This document shows, one piece after another, positions 51,791-64,000 of a DNA stretch of 64,000 bases. Numbering within the stretch: the stretch's first letter is position 1; every line of letters begins with the position of its first letter. Under the pieces are notes generated by a model, which made no database searches, was not told the origin of the DNA, and was given only the letters and a program-made list of their open reading frames with translations. The DNA is taken from NCBI GenBank assembly GCA_001244265.2, contig CDLV01000013.1, forward strand, positions 1,240,001 to 1,304,000, read 5' to 3'. The position numbers were made by a program, and so were the translations under genes. Origin of the DNA: Microbotryum violaceum. Lineage: Eukaryota.

Positions 51791-54069
51791 TCACGCTAGG
51801 CGACGGGCACCTTGGCCCACGCGGACATCTGCCGCAGCTCCATCGGCCACAGCCCTCCCCGCCACGCGCTTTTGTCGTGTCATCTCCTGTGAGAATTCGT
51901 CTTTTGTGCTCTTCTTCTCTGCTCGTCGAGCCGAGCGTTGCTCCTTGACCGCACTTTTGCGAGCGCGTTTGTCCTCGGCGGTCTCATCTCGTGGCCGCTT
52001 GATCGTCTCGACGCGCGCTATCGCAGGGATGAGAGAGACGTGACCGACCATCTCTATCAGTCCTAGTAGGCTTAAACGACCCGTTCGCCGGCAATCCTTC
52101 ACTTACGAGCTTCGTCATCCCCCTCGTCCTCGTCTTCAGCGTCGCCTATCGTCTCACCGCTTCCCGCCCTGAGCCCAGCCCTGACCGCCGATCCCACAAT
52201 CGGGAATCCGGTTTTCTCGTCAAGCCGAATGCGGGATGCCCGAGACGTCGGACCACCTTTGACGCGCAATAAACGGGGGTGATTCGAGATGTTACTGTAG
52301 GTACCTGTACGAGGAAGTCAGCGCTAGCCTCAGTCAGCGATCAAGTAGACCTCCGAATACCCGTCGAAGGGAACTGACTGAGGACAGTTTCGCAATCCCA
52401 CCTCTCCTTCGGCCGCTCGTCGATATCGATCGATTCGTTGCCCTTTCTGGCGCGAGCTTCCTTACGTTGCCGTTCGACAGCGGCCAAGATCGAGTCCTTC
52501 TCCAATTGCCGCGCGACCGTCACAGAATCCGTTGCCGCCGACGACCCGGCGATATCCAACGAGGCCAGCTCGGATCGAAGTCGATCCAATTCGCCCATGT
52601 GAGCCAGGTCTCCATCGTCACCCTCCGCCCGATGTCTCATTTTGCCGCCCAGAATTTCGTATCGAGAAAGGAACTCTTCAAGGATCTGATCCAGGTCCTC
52701 TCGAGGCTGGCCAAGGGGTGTTGCACGAGGCTGCGCATTGTCATCTTCCCCCGGTCCATCAGAATGTTCGCCCCAAGATTCGTCATCAGAATCGTCCTCG
52801 TAGAGTTTTTCGATCTAGGGATCGATAACATGAACAGGTGTTTGTTGGTTAATAAAGATTGCGTCCCTTGCGCCGTCGGGTGTGGAACCGCCGATCGGCT
52901 TCTGATAACCAATACGTACCTGATCAAAGCGCTCGTCGAGCGTTTGTAGCCCTTGGTTCCGGAACATGGCCGAACTCGACATGGAGAAGTGTGACCCGAC
53001 CGCACTGGCCCCCCGGCGTGGTGGTCGCCGAGCGCTGCCGGCTTTGAGCTCGGCAATGGTGTCGCCACCTTCCGAGAACCCGTCCTCGTCAGAGAGCTCG
53101 CTGCTGGGAGCGTTTGCTGATGTCGCTTTGAAGCGAGCGACGCGGGCTTCTAAAGAGTCGCCAACTTCGTCATTTCCGTCTCCATGGGTCGTCAACGCAA
53201 GCTCGCGCATGCCTCGTGCCAGTGGATCTCGTTCCTTTCGATCTGATCCCGGCTCTTCATCCAAATTTGGGCGATGCCACCCATGGCTACCAATAACCTC
53301 GCCGCCTTGCACAATCGAGTTGAAAAAGTCGTCTTCGTCTTCCGAGTCTCCCTCTGCATCGAGCGCGTAATCGTCGTCATCGAGTGCCTCGAGGACTTCC
53401 CGGATGTTCGGATCCAGGTCCGGTTGCAGCCCCTTGGTCTCGGTGCGAGAGATTGTCGCTTCGACGTAGGACACTTCGTCGAGCGGATGGGACGGCAATG
53501 CTTCTTCGGGGAGCTCGAGCTCGGTTGACGGCGAGTCCTTGACGACGACGCCTTCGGACGAGCGAACGTCCTTGTTGCCGACCGGGCGCTTGCCTTTCTT
53601 ACTGGGTGCTTCGACGAGGTATGACTCGCCGACGTCTCCTACGCGACGCAGATGCTGCATGTAGTCATATTGGGTGTCGTCAAAGTACACGCCATAGGCA
53701 GCTGCATCGCCCTCGATTGACGGTGGGGCACGGTCGACCGTTAGTTCCAAGTCCGACGCGGGTGGCCCGGCCGCGTTTCCCTATCGTGGCAAAAAGAGAA
53801 GTCAGAGTACGTTCGCCGAGCGCATCACAGTTTCATACGATGTCAGTGTTGCTGCATGGCAGTGTCGAACGCGGTCACGCCGAATCCGCGCGTTTGGGCG
53901 ATCGGATGACGTTGAACCGTCCCGCTGCGAAGCTCACCTTGGGTCGCTGCTTCGCGCCAACCTCCTTTAGGACCCGATCGCTTGCTTCAGGGTCATTGAT
54001 GAGGGGGTCGCGTTGGGATCGATGGACGAGCTGAAATGTGCGAGTGCCCGGCTTACGCCACAGAGACAT
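51791..54069 (-). CDS. LTV1: Pre-40S assembly factor Ltv1
   Basis: Motifs FQLVHRSQRDPL, GDAAAYGVYFDDTQYDYMQHLR, SMSSSAMFRNQGL, WDCETVL..TYSNISNHP and ETAEDKRARK. Confidence 0.95.
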
Positions 54070-54439
54070 AATGAGGTAGAAATGGATGGAAACAACGTAA
54101 ACCTAGGAAGGAGTCATTGGGGGTGGCCTGCAGACCGACAGCGCGCGTCCTCACAACTTCCTCACAGGTCCTCGCTTGACTCTCTTGACATCCGCTCTGC
54201 TTGACGCTGCTAGAGTTGGCTTGACCGGCCTGGCGCGCAACCGGCCTGCGCGCAACAGCGAGGCAGATCGCGACACGGCGCGCGAAGCCTGGCAGAACCC
54301 GCACTACAAACCCCCACTATACAACGCGGAATTCCTAGTTAGGTCAAGGAGCTCAGAGTCAGGATTCAGCGGCGCTCGCTCCCGTTCTCCCGGTCCACAC
54401 GGTTTGGTCATTGATTGCGCCACCCACAACCAATCTAGG

Positions 54440-57400
54440 ATGGTCGCCAAGTCGTCGGCCAAGAAGACACGTGTCGCAGCGTCCCATGCTCCGATTGCGA
54501 CCCGAAAAGCCTACAAGACGGACCCTAGCGCCGGGAGGAAGCGAGCCCCGACCTCGAACAGCGGCAGCGCGGCTGCGAAGCTCGCATCGCAGCACCTGTC
54601 CCACTCCGAAACGCGAGCGACTACCGAGCTGGTATCGACGCAGTCCGCCGGGCTCAAGCGGAAGTGGGATCACCCAGGGACAAGTGCGAGTGCAGCCCAG
54701 AACGTTGAGGCGAACTCGACCAGATCCAAGCCAGCACCCTCGGCCACCGCCACCGCCACCACCGCCACCACCAGTCTCAGGATTCAACCCGATGAGATCG
54801 ACTTCGTTCGCGGCGGCGGAACTCACCTCACCCAGGTCGAGGTCAAGGAAGCGCAGTGGGAAGGAATCAACGAAGCGGAACAAAACACAAATCACGTGAG
54901 TGGGTTTGTACATGACCTGTGGGCTTGTCTTCCTCGGGGTTATGGTCAGCCTGAGCTGATCAGTGCAAGCTCGTGTCTCCTCATCTCGCGTCGCTAGGAC
55001 GATTCGATGCCCGACGGCAAGAAGGACAAGAGCAAGTCCAAACGCCGCAAGTTGGAAAGAGCCCAGCGGTCTCAAGTCGACGACAAGAATCTCTTACCCA
55101 GAGATGCGGTCCGCATCGAACATCTCAACTACAAGGTACGCTGACTGGTCCCCTATCCTGGCACCCCGAAGGTCATGTCGAGCTAATCGCCTTTGAACGG
55201 GATGATCGCAGCGGTTGGTCCCGGGTACCAAGGTACTCGCGCAGATTGTTGCAGTACGACCCCTCGAATTGATCGTGTCCTTGCCCAACCAACTTTTCGC
55301 CCACGTCCCCATCACCAACATCTCGGACGAATACACTGCCCTGCTTGAATCTGCCGAAGACATGTTGTCGGGGGAAGGCGAGGATGAGCAAGACGACGAC
55401 GACGAGGAAGATGACGACGACGTTGATGCCAGTAGCGACCCCGGCGATGGCAAAACGGGACCCGAACACTCTGGGATCCGCAACTTGCCAACACTTGCGC
55501 ATTGGTATCGCGTCGGGACCTTCGTCTCGACCATCGTGATCACATCGAAGCGACCCGACGGGCGTGGCAAGGCTACTCGCCGAGAATCTGATGATCTTGT
55601 CCGCGCTTCTCGGACGATCGAGCTTAGTCTGGTCCCAGTCAAAGTCAACGAGGGCGTTTCTAAAGCGGATCTCAAGACTGGCTTCACCCTGACCGCTGTG
55701 GTCCGGAGCGTCGAAGATAACGGTTACATTCTCGCGCTCGGCGTCGATTCGATGTCCTCTTTCTTGCCCTTCGAGAACGCCCAAAAACTTCAGCCGAGCC
55801 CGCTTTCTCAAGGGCAAGTCATATCTTGTCGCATCAAGGACGTCAACGAGAACGGCAGGACGTGCACCGTGACCGTTGGTGAAGCCGAGGTTACCGGCTC
55901 CACAGTAACCGCCATTTCTTCGATCAATTCGATATTGCCCTGCGCACGCGTCACTGCCATCGTAACGGCCACCCTGCCGTCTGGCCTCAACGTCAAACTT
56001 TTCGGTCTGTTCACGGGCACCATCGATTGGTTCCACCTTGACGGTCGCGACCCCGAGACGGACTTCAAGATTGGCCAAAAGCTGAATGCACGAATTCTCT
56101 GGGACTCGATCGGCTCGACCCCAAAAAGGTTTTCCTTGTCGATCAATCGGCATGTCATGGCGAAAGACGTTGCTCGGAATGGACAGAGCGCAAGCGTACC
56201 TCTCATAGAGGAATTTCCAATTGGACGCATTCTGGAACGGGTGCGGGTTGTGCGAGTGGATGACGAATGGGGTCTTACATGTGCACTCGAGCGCCCCGAC
56301 GACAAGCGCGTTATCATTTTCGCCCACATCTCAAAGCTCACTGACGATCACCTCGTATTTATCCCCAAGAATGGACCATGGAAAGTGGGCTCCCTCCATC
56401 GAGCTCGCGTGATCGGATTCTCCGCTCTCGATGGTCTTGTACAGGTCTCCTTGCAACCTTCGGTCCTCGAGCGGGCTTTCATGCGCGTCAGCGACGTCAG
56501 GGTTGGAGAGGTCATTCGTGGCACTGTCGGGCGTCTTACAGACACGGCCCTTTTCGTGTCCATTTCGGGCAACGTCGACGGCGTAGTGTGGCCAATACAC
56601 TACGCCGACATTCGCCTGAGGCACCCAGAACGGAAGTTCAAGCCCGGTGCGAGCGTCAAGGCGAGGATCCTGTCGGTCGATGCTGACCGGAACCGTGTCG
56701 TTCTCACGCTGAAGCGTCAATTGGTTGCTTCGGAGCTATCGATGATCAAGTCCTACGACGATGCGCAGATTGGCCAATTGACTCATGGAACCGTGACCAG
56801 GATTCTGGACAAGGCTGTCATCATCGAGTTTTTTGGGGGCGTGCGGGCCCTCATTCCGGCCACGGAAGCTGCCGAAGAGTACACCTCCAACCTCGGCAAG
56901 ATCTTTGAAGTTGGCAGGGTCGTCGAAGTGAAGATCATTCGTCTCGACCCCTCCGCTAAAAAGATCACCGCTTCGTACCGCCAAGCCCGGGGCCATCTCG
57001 TCGCCAAGGACCAAGGACCTGTCGCTTCGTCTTCGACTGCCGGCTTGGTCGACGGAGTCAAGATCGGCGATATCACCTCTGGTGAGATCGCACAGATTCA
57101 CGAAACCAACGTCGTGTTGAGATTGCGGCCCAGCAATGTCAAAGCTCTCATCTCGTTTGCTACGCTCAGTCGGCATCGGGCGGTGTCAGTGCAAGAACTC
57201 CGCCAGGACCTCGCCATCGGAGATGTCCTCGACGACCTTGTCGTCGTCTCAAGAAACCTCGACAAGGATCTAGTCATTGCCGGTCTCGTGCCCCCGAAAT
57301 CGAAGAAGGCACAAGACGCGACGACAGGTTCGCGACTATGCACCTTCGAGTCACTCAAGCCTGGTCAAGTGGTCCAAGGCAAGGTGTCCGGAGTAGTCCC

Positions 57401-59561
57401 CAGCGGCTTATTGGTGCAATTGTCGCGTAATCTGCGTGGCCGTGTCCCACGCACAGAGATTTGTGATGACTTCGACCGATGTGGGTCCTCTGAATACGAT
57501 CTTGGTGCCATTGTCCAGTGCGCGGTCCTTTCCGTCGATGACGACCGTCGACGCGTAGTCCTATCGCTTCGAGAATCGCGACATTCTGCAGGCGCGCAAG
57601 CCACCGATCCTGTGATCGAGGAACTGAGTGATCTGAAGGTCGGGCAAACAATTAGGGGCTTTGTCAAGAACGTTGCAAGTCAAGGGCTGTTCGTTTCCCT
57701 CTCCGACACCATCACCGCTCGCGTCCTCATCAAGGAACTTTTCGACGAGTTCATCAAGGACTGGCAAGCCAAGTTCGTTGTAGGGCAGCTTGTCACGGGC
57801 AAAATTATGTCTGTCGATCTTGACAATAGCCAAGTGGAAATGTCATTCAAGAACAAGCCCACGATATCGCCTGCAACCGGTCGTGATGTGTCCGGTCTCA
57901 AAAAAGGACAGCTGGTGACCGGCGTCGTCAAGCGCGTCGAGCCCTACGGCGCTTTCATCGGACTCGAGGGGTCGGGGATCACTGGACTTTGTCACAAGTC
58001 AAAAGTCACAGATCAAGACAAGAAGGCTTGGAACGAGTGCGTCAAAGAGGGCGACAAGGTCCATGCCGTTGTGTTGGACGTGAATCAGGATACGAAGAAG
58101 GTGTCGCTGGGCCTGAAATCGTCGCTGATCGAAGAAAGCCAGTTAAAAACAGCCACCGATGAGGATGATGAAGAGGAAGAGCGTAATGATGGTCACGAGG
58201 ATGAGGATAAGGATGCCGACGACGACGACGACGACGACGACGACGATAATGATGAGGATGGACGCGCTGGAAGTGATGCTATCTCGGAGTCGGAGTCGAG
58301 TGACGATCTTCCCGAGGTTGGCTCAGACTCTCCTGATGAGTTGGATACTGCTGCTTCTGGTGGAGACGATGTAGTAGGTGTAAGTCCTTCTCTTCTCTCA
58401 GAATTGTACTGTGGGTAATGACCTGAGACTAGATTGCAATTCTGTTCACAGCCTTCAACGATCACCTCCCGTGAATCCATCGACGCCCTCAAGGCCAAAG
58501 CGGCCCCTCTGCAGATGCCCGCGGGGTTCAGTTGGGATGGAGATGAACGAACGGACGAAGAGCAGAGTAGCAAGTTCGCGGACGATGACTCTGATTCCGA
58601 AACCTCGGAGAGTGGTCGCCTGCGACCGGAGTTGGTGCCCGTCCCCGGTCCCTCAGCTGTGGAAGACCAAGCAGAGCTTGAGAAAGCACCGTCATCTGTT
58701 CCCGAGTTTGAACGGCTCTTGCTCGGCTCACCCGGGTCCTCGTTTCTGTGGATCCAGTACATCGCATTCTTCGTTTCGTTATCTCAGCTCGACAAGGCGC
58801 GCGAGATTGGTCGTCGAGCCCTCAACACCATCAGCTTTCGCGAAGAGCTGGAAAAGCTCAACGTCTGGGTGGCACTTTTGAACTTTGAAAACGTCTATGG
58901 TTCTCAAGTTGAACTAGATGCCCTCTTCAAGGAAGCTGTCCAGGCGAATGACTCGAAGACGATCTACCTCCGTTTAATCGACATCTACGAACGAAGCGGC
59001 AAGTTTGCGGAGGAGGAAGAACTATTCGGGCGCGTCGTTAAGAGGTTTTCCCAGTCGTCAAAAGTATGGACGATGTTTGCGCAATTCTATTTTGCGCAGT
59101 CGCGATGCGATGAGGCTCGTGACCTGCTCCCGAGGTCGCTCAAATCATTGGAGAAGAGGAAGCATGTGAAGACGGTCACAAAGTTTGCGCAGCTCGAGTT
59201 CAAGCTAGGTGACCCGGAGCGTGGGCGAACCATTTTTGAAGGTGTGGTGCATACGCATCCCCGACGACTCGACATCTGGCTTGTCTACATTGACATGGAG
59301 ATCAAGCTCAGAAACGTGGCCGGTGTCCGCGCGCTGTTTGATCGGATCTTGGCCACCAAGCTGTCTAGTAGTAAGCATTTAAGACGCTCCGAATGAAGTT
59401 GTATCTGAAGAAACTGACTCCTCTTCAATATGTGCGCCGTAGAGAAAGGCAAATCGGTGTTCAAAAAGTGGCTCGCTTTCGAGAAAGACCTTGGCGACTC
59501 GCAAGGTGCTGATGCCGTAAAGGCTAAAGCTCTGGCATTTGTAGAGTCATTGCATGTCTAG
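54440..59561 (+). CDS. RRP5: rRNA biogenesis protein Rrp5 (S1 repeats plus C-terminal HAT/TPR)
   Basis: N-terminal DFVRGGG, tandem S1 domains, and FERLLLGSPGSSFLWIQY, EKLNVWVALLNFE and ERGRTIFEG. Confidence 0.96.
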
Positions 59562-59737
59562 GAGCCATTGCAGGGATGTGTTCTGTTTTCTCTCTCATTC
59601 GAAAAGGCTTTTTTTGGGCGCTGCTTCGCTTCTCACCTCTGCTCGGCCGCCGGCGGGACAAACGCAGCTGGCGTAGAATGGCCCTTGCCCATTAAATACA
59701 GATGATTTGCGCGTGCTGTACATTTACATTCTTCTCG

Positions 59738-59801
59738 TTATTGGTCTACAACAGCATCTTGGCGCGCGACGTTATCGGTCTCGTCAGGATCAAAACCGAA
59801 T

Positions 59802-59850
<49 letters not shown>

Positions 59851-62800
59851 CTGGATGAATGATAGATATCCAGAACCAGTCAACGATTCAAAGTGAGGAG
59901 ACTCACCGGCATGCAACATTCATAGCCTGCAGCTCTTGGAAGAGTAGCTTGGCAGCGTATGGCAAAAGCACCTGTGATATCTCGGTCTTGTTCCTGCACG
60001 ATCGACACTCGAACGACTGGCGCTTTAGATTCGCGATTGCGGTCAGGCCGCACAAGTTGCAAACATGGACGCGATAGGGATCGCTGTTGTTGTACAATCG
60101 TTCACGGAGGAATCCAGCGACACCGTGAGAGATCATGCAATCACGCTCCATTTCTCCGAAACGAAGACCACCATCTCGCGATCGACCCTCCACGGGTTGT
60201 CGGGTCAAGATCTGAAGAGGACCGCGAGCTCGAGAGTGGATTTTGTCGTTGACCATGTGCTTGAGACGTTGGTAGTATGTTGGACCAAGGTAGACCTGGG
60301 CTTGAAGTTTGCGGCCCGTGTGACCATTGTACATGACTTCCAGACCCCGTGAATGGTAGCCCATCTCCTTGAGCAAAGTCGAAATTGCCTCAACTGTGAC
60401 TTCAGAGAATGGCGTCGCATCGCCTTCGTTGCCGGAGATTGTTGATACCTTTGACAACAAACACTCGACCAAATGCCCAATCGTCATCCGAGAAGGAATG
60501 GCATGCGGGTTGATGATGATGTCGGGGATTGTACCCTCGGCGGAGAACGGCATGTCTTCGTGGCGGTAGGTGATACCGATCGTGCCTTTCTGCCCGTGAC
60601 GCGAAGCAAATTTGTCGCCGATCTCCGGAATACGCGTGGAGCGGACGCGAATTTTTACGAACTTGAGTCCATCTTGGTTGGTGGTCACGAGCACTTGATC
60701 CACAATCCCGTTCTCCGTGCTCTTCAGCGGCGTCGACACATCGCGCTTCGTATGGTTCTTCAAGCGCTGGCCGAGCTCTTCAGAGTCGGGGGGCAGCGGC
60801 GCAGTCTTGCCAATGATGATGTCTTCGCCAGCAACACGCTCGCCGAGCCCAATGATTCCATCTGCCTCTAACTTCTCGTATGTGCCATGCTTGAGTCGTA
60901 GCGTGGTATCACGAGTTGGCTTTTCGAACTCCTCCATCTGGATCGCGCCGGATTTCTTCTCTTGATCCATGTAGGAACGGTAGTAGAACGAGCGAAATAG
61001 ACCTCGATCAATCGAACTCTGGTTGAGAATGACTGAATCTTCTTGGTTATAGCCCGAGTAGCACATTATAGCGACGATAGCATTTTGTCCCGCGGGTAGC
61101 TCTCGGAAATGAAGATACTCCATGGAGCGAGTGGTGGCCAATGGTTTCTGTGGGTAGTAGAGGACATTGGCCATCGTATCCATGCGCACTTGATAGTTTG
61201 TCAAGAAGACACCCATAGCTTGTTTGCCCATCGCCGACTGATAGGTATTACGAGGCGACTGGTTGTGATCCGGGAAGGGGATGATGCTGGCGCAGATGCC
61301 AAGAATCATGCTTGGATGGATCTCGCAGTGGGTCCAGGTGTGAGTATTCACACCCATCGAGCCTTTGACAGTAGCCGAGGGGTCAAACGTATCAACTTGA
61401 ATCTGGCCAGTTTCTTGGAATAGCCGAGACGTCTCGAGGTCCTCTGGCGTCATGCAAATCATCACCGTTTCTTCTTCTTCAGCGTCAACGTACTCGACAA
61501 CTCCGGTCTCGATTAGGTCGGTCCATTTCAGGCGCTTCTCGTCGGGCCGATCCTCGGAATCTTCATTCTGAAGAGCGTCGATGTGGTGTCGCGTGAGTAC
61601 CAACCGGTGGTCCTCTACGATGAATAGTGGCCTGCAAACTCGTCCAGCGTCCGTGTGCAGGCGCAGTTCTCGTTCGCGCACATCTCGTACGACCGACACC
61701 TCATACGCGATATCGCCGCATCGTCGCAGGCGCTTGATGGTCTGAACCAAATGAGCCGGATCGCGATGCACACCTTGCCACACGCCATTGACGAAGACCT
61801 TCGTCCCCTTGGACATTTCGCTGGAGAACTCTTCAAGGTTCTCCATGCCCCATTCCTCCAAGAACTCGACGATCGGTGCCGATGGGGACCCGACGGAGAT
61901 GTACGACATCAGGGCAAGGTTTTTGACTAGCCCACAAGCTTGGCCTTCGGGCGTTTCAGCGGGGCAAACCATGCCCCAGTGCGTGTTATGCAGTTGGCGA
62001 GGTTTGGCGATCTTGCCGTCACGGCCAATGGGTGCGTTGCATCGTCGAAGATGAGACAGGGTGGAGGCAAACGTATAGCGATTGAGCACCTGAGACACTC
62101 CAGCCTTTGCTGACATGGCCTTCTTCTGGTCACCCCAATTGCCAGTGGCTAGCGAGTACTTGAGCCCGTTAGTGATGGTATTCGATCGCACGGCCGTGTT
62201 GAGGTTGAAAGATTTTTGGGTCTCGACGCATTTTTGAAGGTGTCGATAAACATCCTTGGTCAACTTGCGGAATAGCATCCTGAATAGGGCAGCCAACAGC
62301 GGCCCAGCCAAGTCAAGCCGTTTTGCGCCGAAGTGATCACGATCATCGAGCTCCCGTCGATCGAGCGCGGCCAACAACAGGCGGTGGACCATGTAGCCGA
62401 AGAAAAATGCCTTCTTCGTGTTTTGGCCCGGAGCCATCGATACATGCGGAAGCATCTCCTTTTGCAGGATCTCCTGAGCGTAGTTGATGCGGCGGTCGCG
62501 AGTCAGGGCGGGTACCGTGCCACGACGCCCGATAAAATCGAGGGCGACGTCACGGTTCTGAATCGGAAACGCATCTTCGAGACAGGGTTTCAGCATTTCG
62601 AACATTTCTGCATCGTTGCGGTCGTAGCAGATGTGTTCGAGAATGTCCTTGTCGGGGATGATGTCGAGAGCGCGGAATACGACCACAATCGGGACATCGG
62701 CTCGGATATAAGGGAGCGAGGTTCGAATCGTCTGCCCGCTCTGCTTTTCCGTCCGCCTCATCATCTTGACTTGCATCGAGCTGATCGTTTTGCCCCCTTT

Positions 62801-63989
62801 TTCAACTGCGCTTCGGATCTCAGCGAGGAACGTGACGGGCGAGGGCTGACTCTTGGCGAAGACGTAGACTCGATTGGTCGCCATGCGCTCCTGCGCGATG
62901 AGAACCTTCTCCGAGCCGTTGATGATGAAATACCCTCCTTTGTCGTAGGGGCACTCGTTCAATTCGAGCACATCACGCTCCGCAAGCCCATTGAGGATGC
63001 AGAAGCCCGAGCGCAGCATAATCGGCACCTGCAGCAGATCGACAACGAGTCAGATTCACGATGCGGCTCGTTAAACAGCGCAGGTGATGGTGAGACGATC
63101 TCATCACTGACCTTGCCGATGTAAATTTTCTCGTCCTCGCCTGAATCCACGTCATCCTTCTCTTCACGCCACTGCAGTTCACCCGTCTTCGAGTCGATCT
63201 CTTCGCCGTCCTGGACCATGACACGCTTCTTCATGTCAATGTAGAGAGGAGCCGAGTATCTGCATAGTGAGAGGCAATCTCGAGTCAGGCTCAGGTTCTT
63301 GCTTCCCCACTGCAAATGACATGTCTCCGGACCTCGACTGACGTGAGATTGCGTAGGCGGGCCTCATTGGGAAACATCGGAGATACCGTCCCATCGGCCT
63401 CGGTCATAGTTGGCTTGGAAAGGTATATCTGGCCAAAGTTGAGCTCGTAGCGTTTCTACGGAGAATGACATCGTTGGGGCGTTGAATGCGAAGTGGGACG
63501 CGCAGATACACCCCAGGATCGTCACCCAGGATCGTCACGGGGTAGAGGAGGCGTAGCGTCAGCTCGAGGCATGGGCGGACCATTTGCAGTAGGCGAGCCA
63601 TGACAGGCGGTACAAGCGGGTGGCATATGCTGACTAACCGTCACATCGCCAGCCTTGCCCGTATGCTGCATGTTCTGGTCGAGGATGAGCGAAGCGCCTT
63701 CGTCGACGAGCTCCTGCATGGTATTGTTGACAAATTCGTCGAAAGAATCGATCTGCTGAGAAACGAGTGTCTTGTCGGCGAAATAAGATGCAATCACGGC
63801 CCAACTGTGGGGGTCGCCATGACCGTCGTCGTCGTAATCGAGATGCAGCAGCATCCATGGCGGGTAGAAACCAAGTCAGCTCGCGTACACATGGCCAGCC
63901 CATTGGCTCAGCGAGAGCACTGACCAGTCCTCCTGCGTGATGACATCGTCAGTCGCTTCGTCGTAGCCCTCATCGTAATAGGACGCCAT
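59738..63989 (-). CDS. RPB2: RNA polymerase II second largest subunit
   Basis: Motifs [45 protein letters not shown] and [14 protein letters not shown] at 63989; last short exon ends at 59738. Confidence 0.98.
59806..59846. repeat. (GA)n microsatellite forming a (CT)n polypyrimidine tract in the last RPB2 intron
   Basis: About 20 dinucleotide units directly before the TAG acceptor on the minus strand. Confidence 0.9.
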
Positions 63990-64000
63990 TACGACGGTTG

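Noticed and set aside
55173-56327. Long antisense ORFs (for example 384 aa opposite RRP5, 263 aa opposite RPB2)
   Set aside because: Expected shadow ORFs of GC-rich, codon-biased genes.

Overview
Gene-dense, intron-rich fungal DNA. A basidiomycete, probably Pucciniomycotina, is inferred from protein style and short GT/GC-AG introns; the species cannot be determined. Housekeeping genes: eIF5B (partial), a RAD5/HLTF-like SNF2 ATPase, PUS3, a SnoaL/NTF2-like protein, a coilin-like protein, an LDAH-type hydrolase, UTP17, CDC15/SepH, SAD1/USP39, UTP25, LSG1, RAV1, YIP1, LTV1, RRP5 and RPB2. Ribosome-biogenesis and RNA-machinery genes appear over-represented, and five pairs are head-to-head. The block is interrupted by an accessory island at about 10.2-19.9 kb. 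The island holds (i) a small secreted Cys-rich protein gene missed by the ORF track, preceded by a 3x77-bp tandem repeat, and (ii) a CACTA/CMC-type DNA transposon. The transposon has a nearly intact ~1190-aa spliced transposase, a divergent accessory gene, and about 20 phased GGGTAWTACCC palindromes at its right end. Other notable signals are a probable non-AUG mitochondrial presequence on PUS3, a SAP domain fused to SAD1, and a CCAAT heptamer array in the SAD1/UTP25 bidirectional promoter. Gene models were spliced by hand and no database searches were run.
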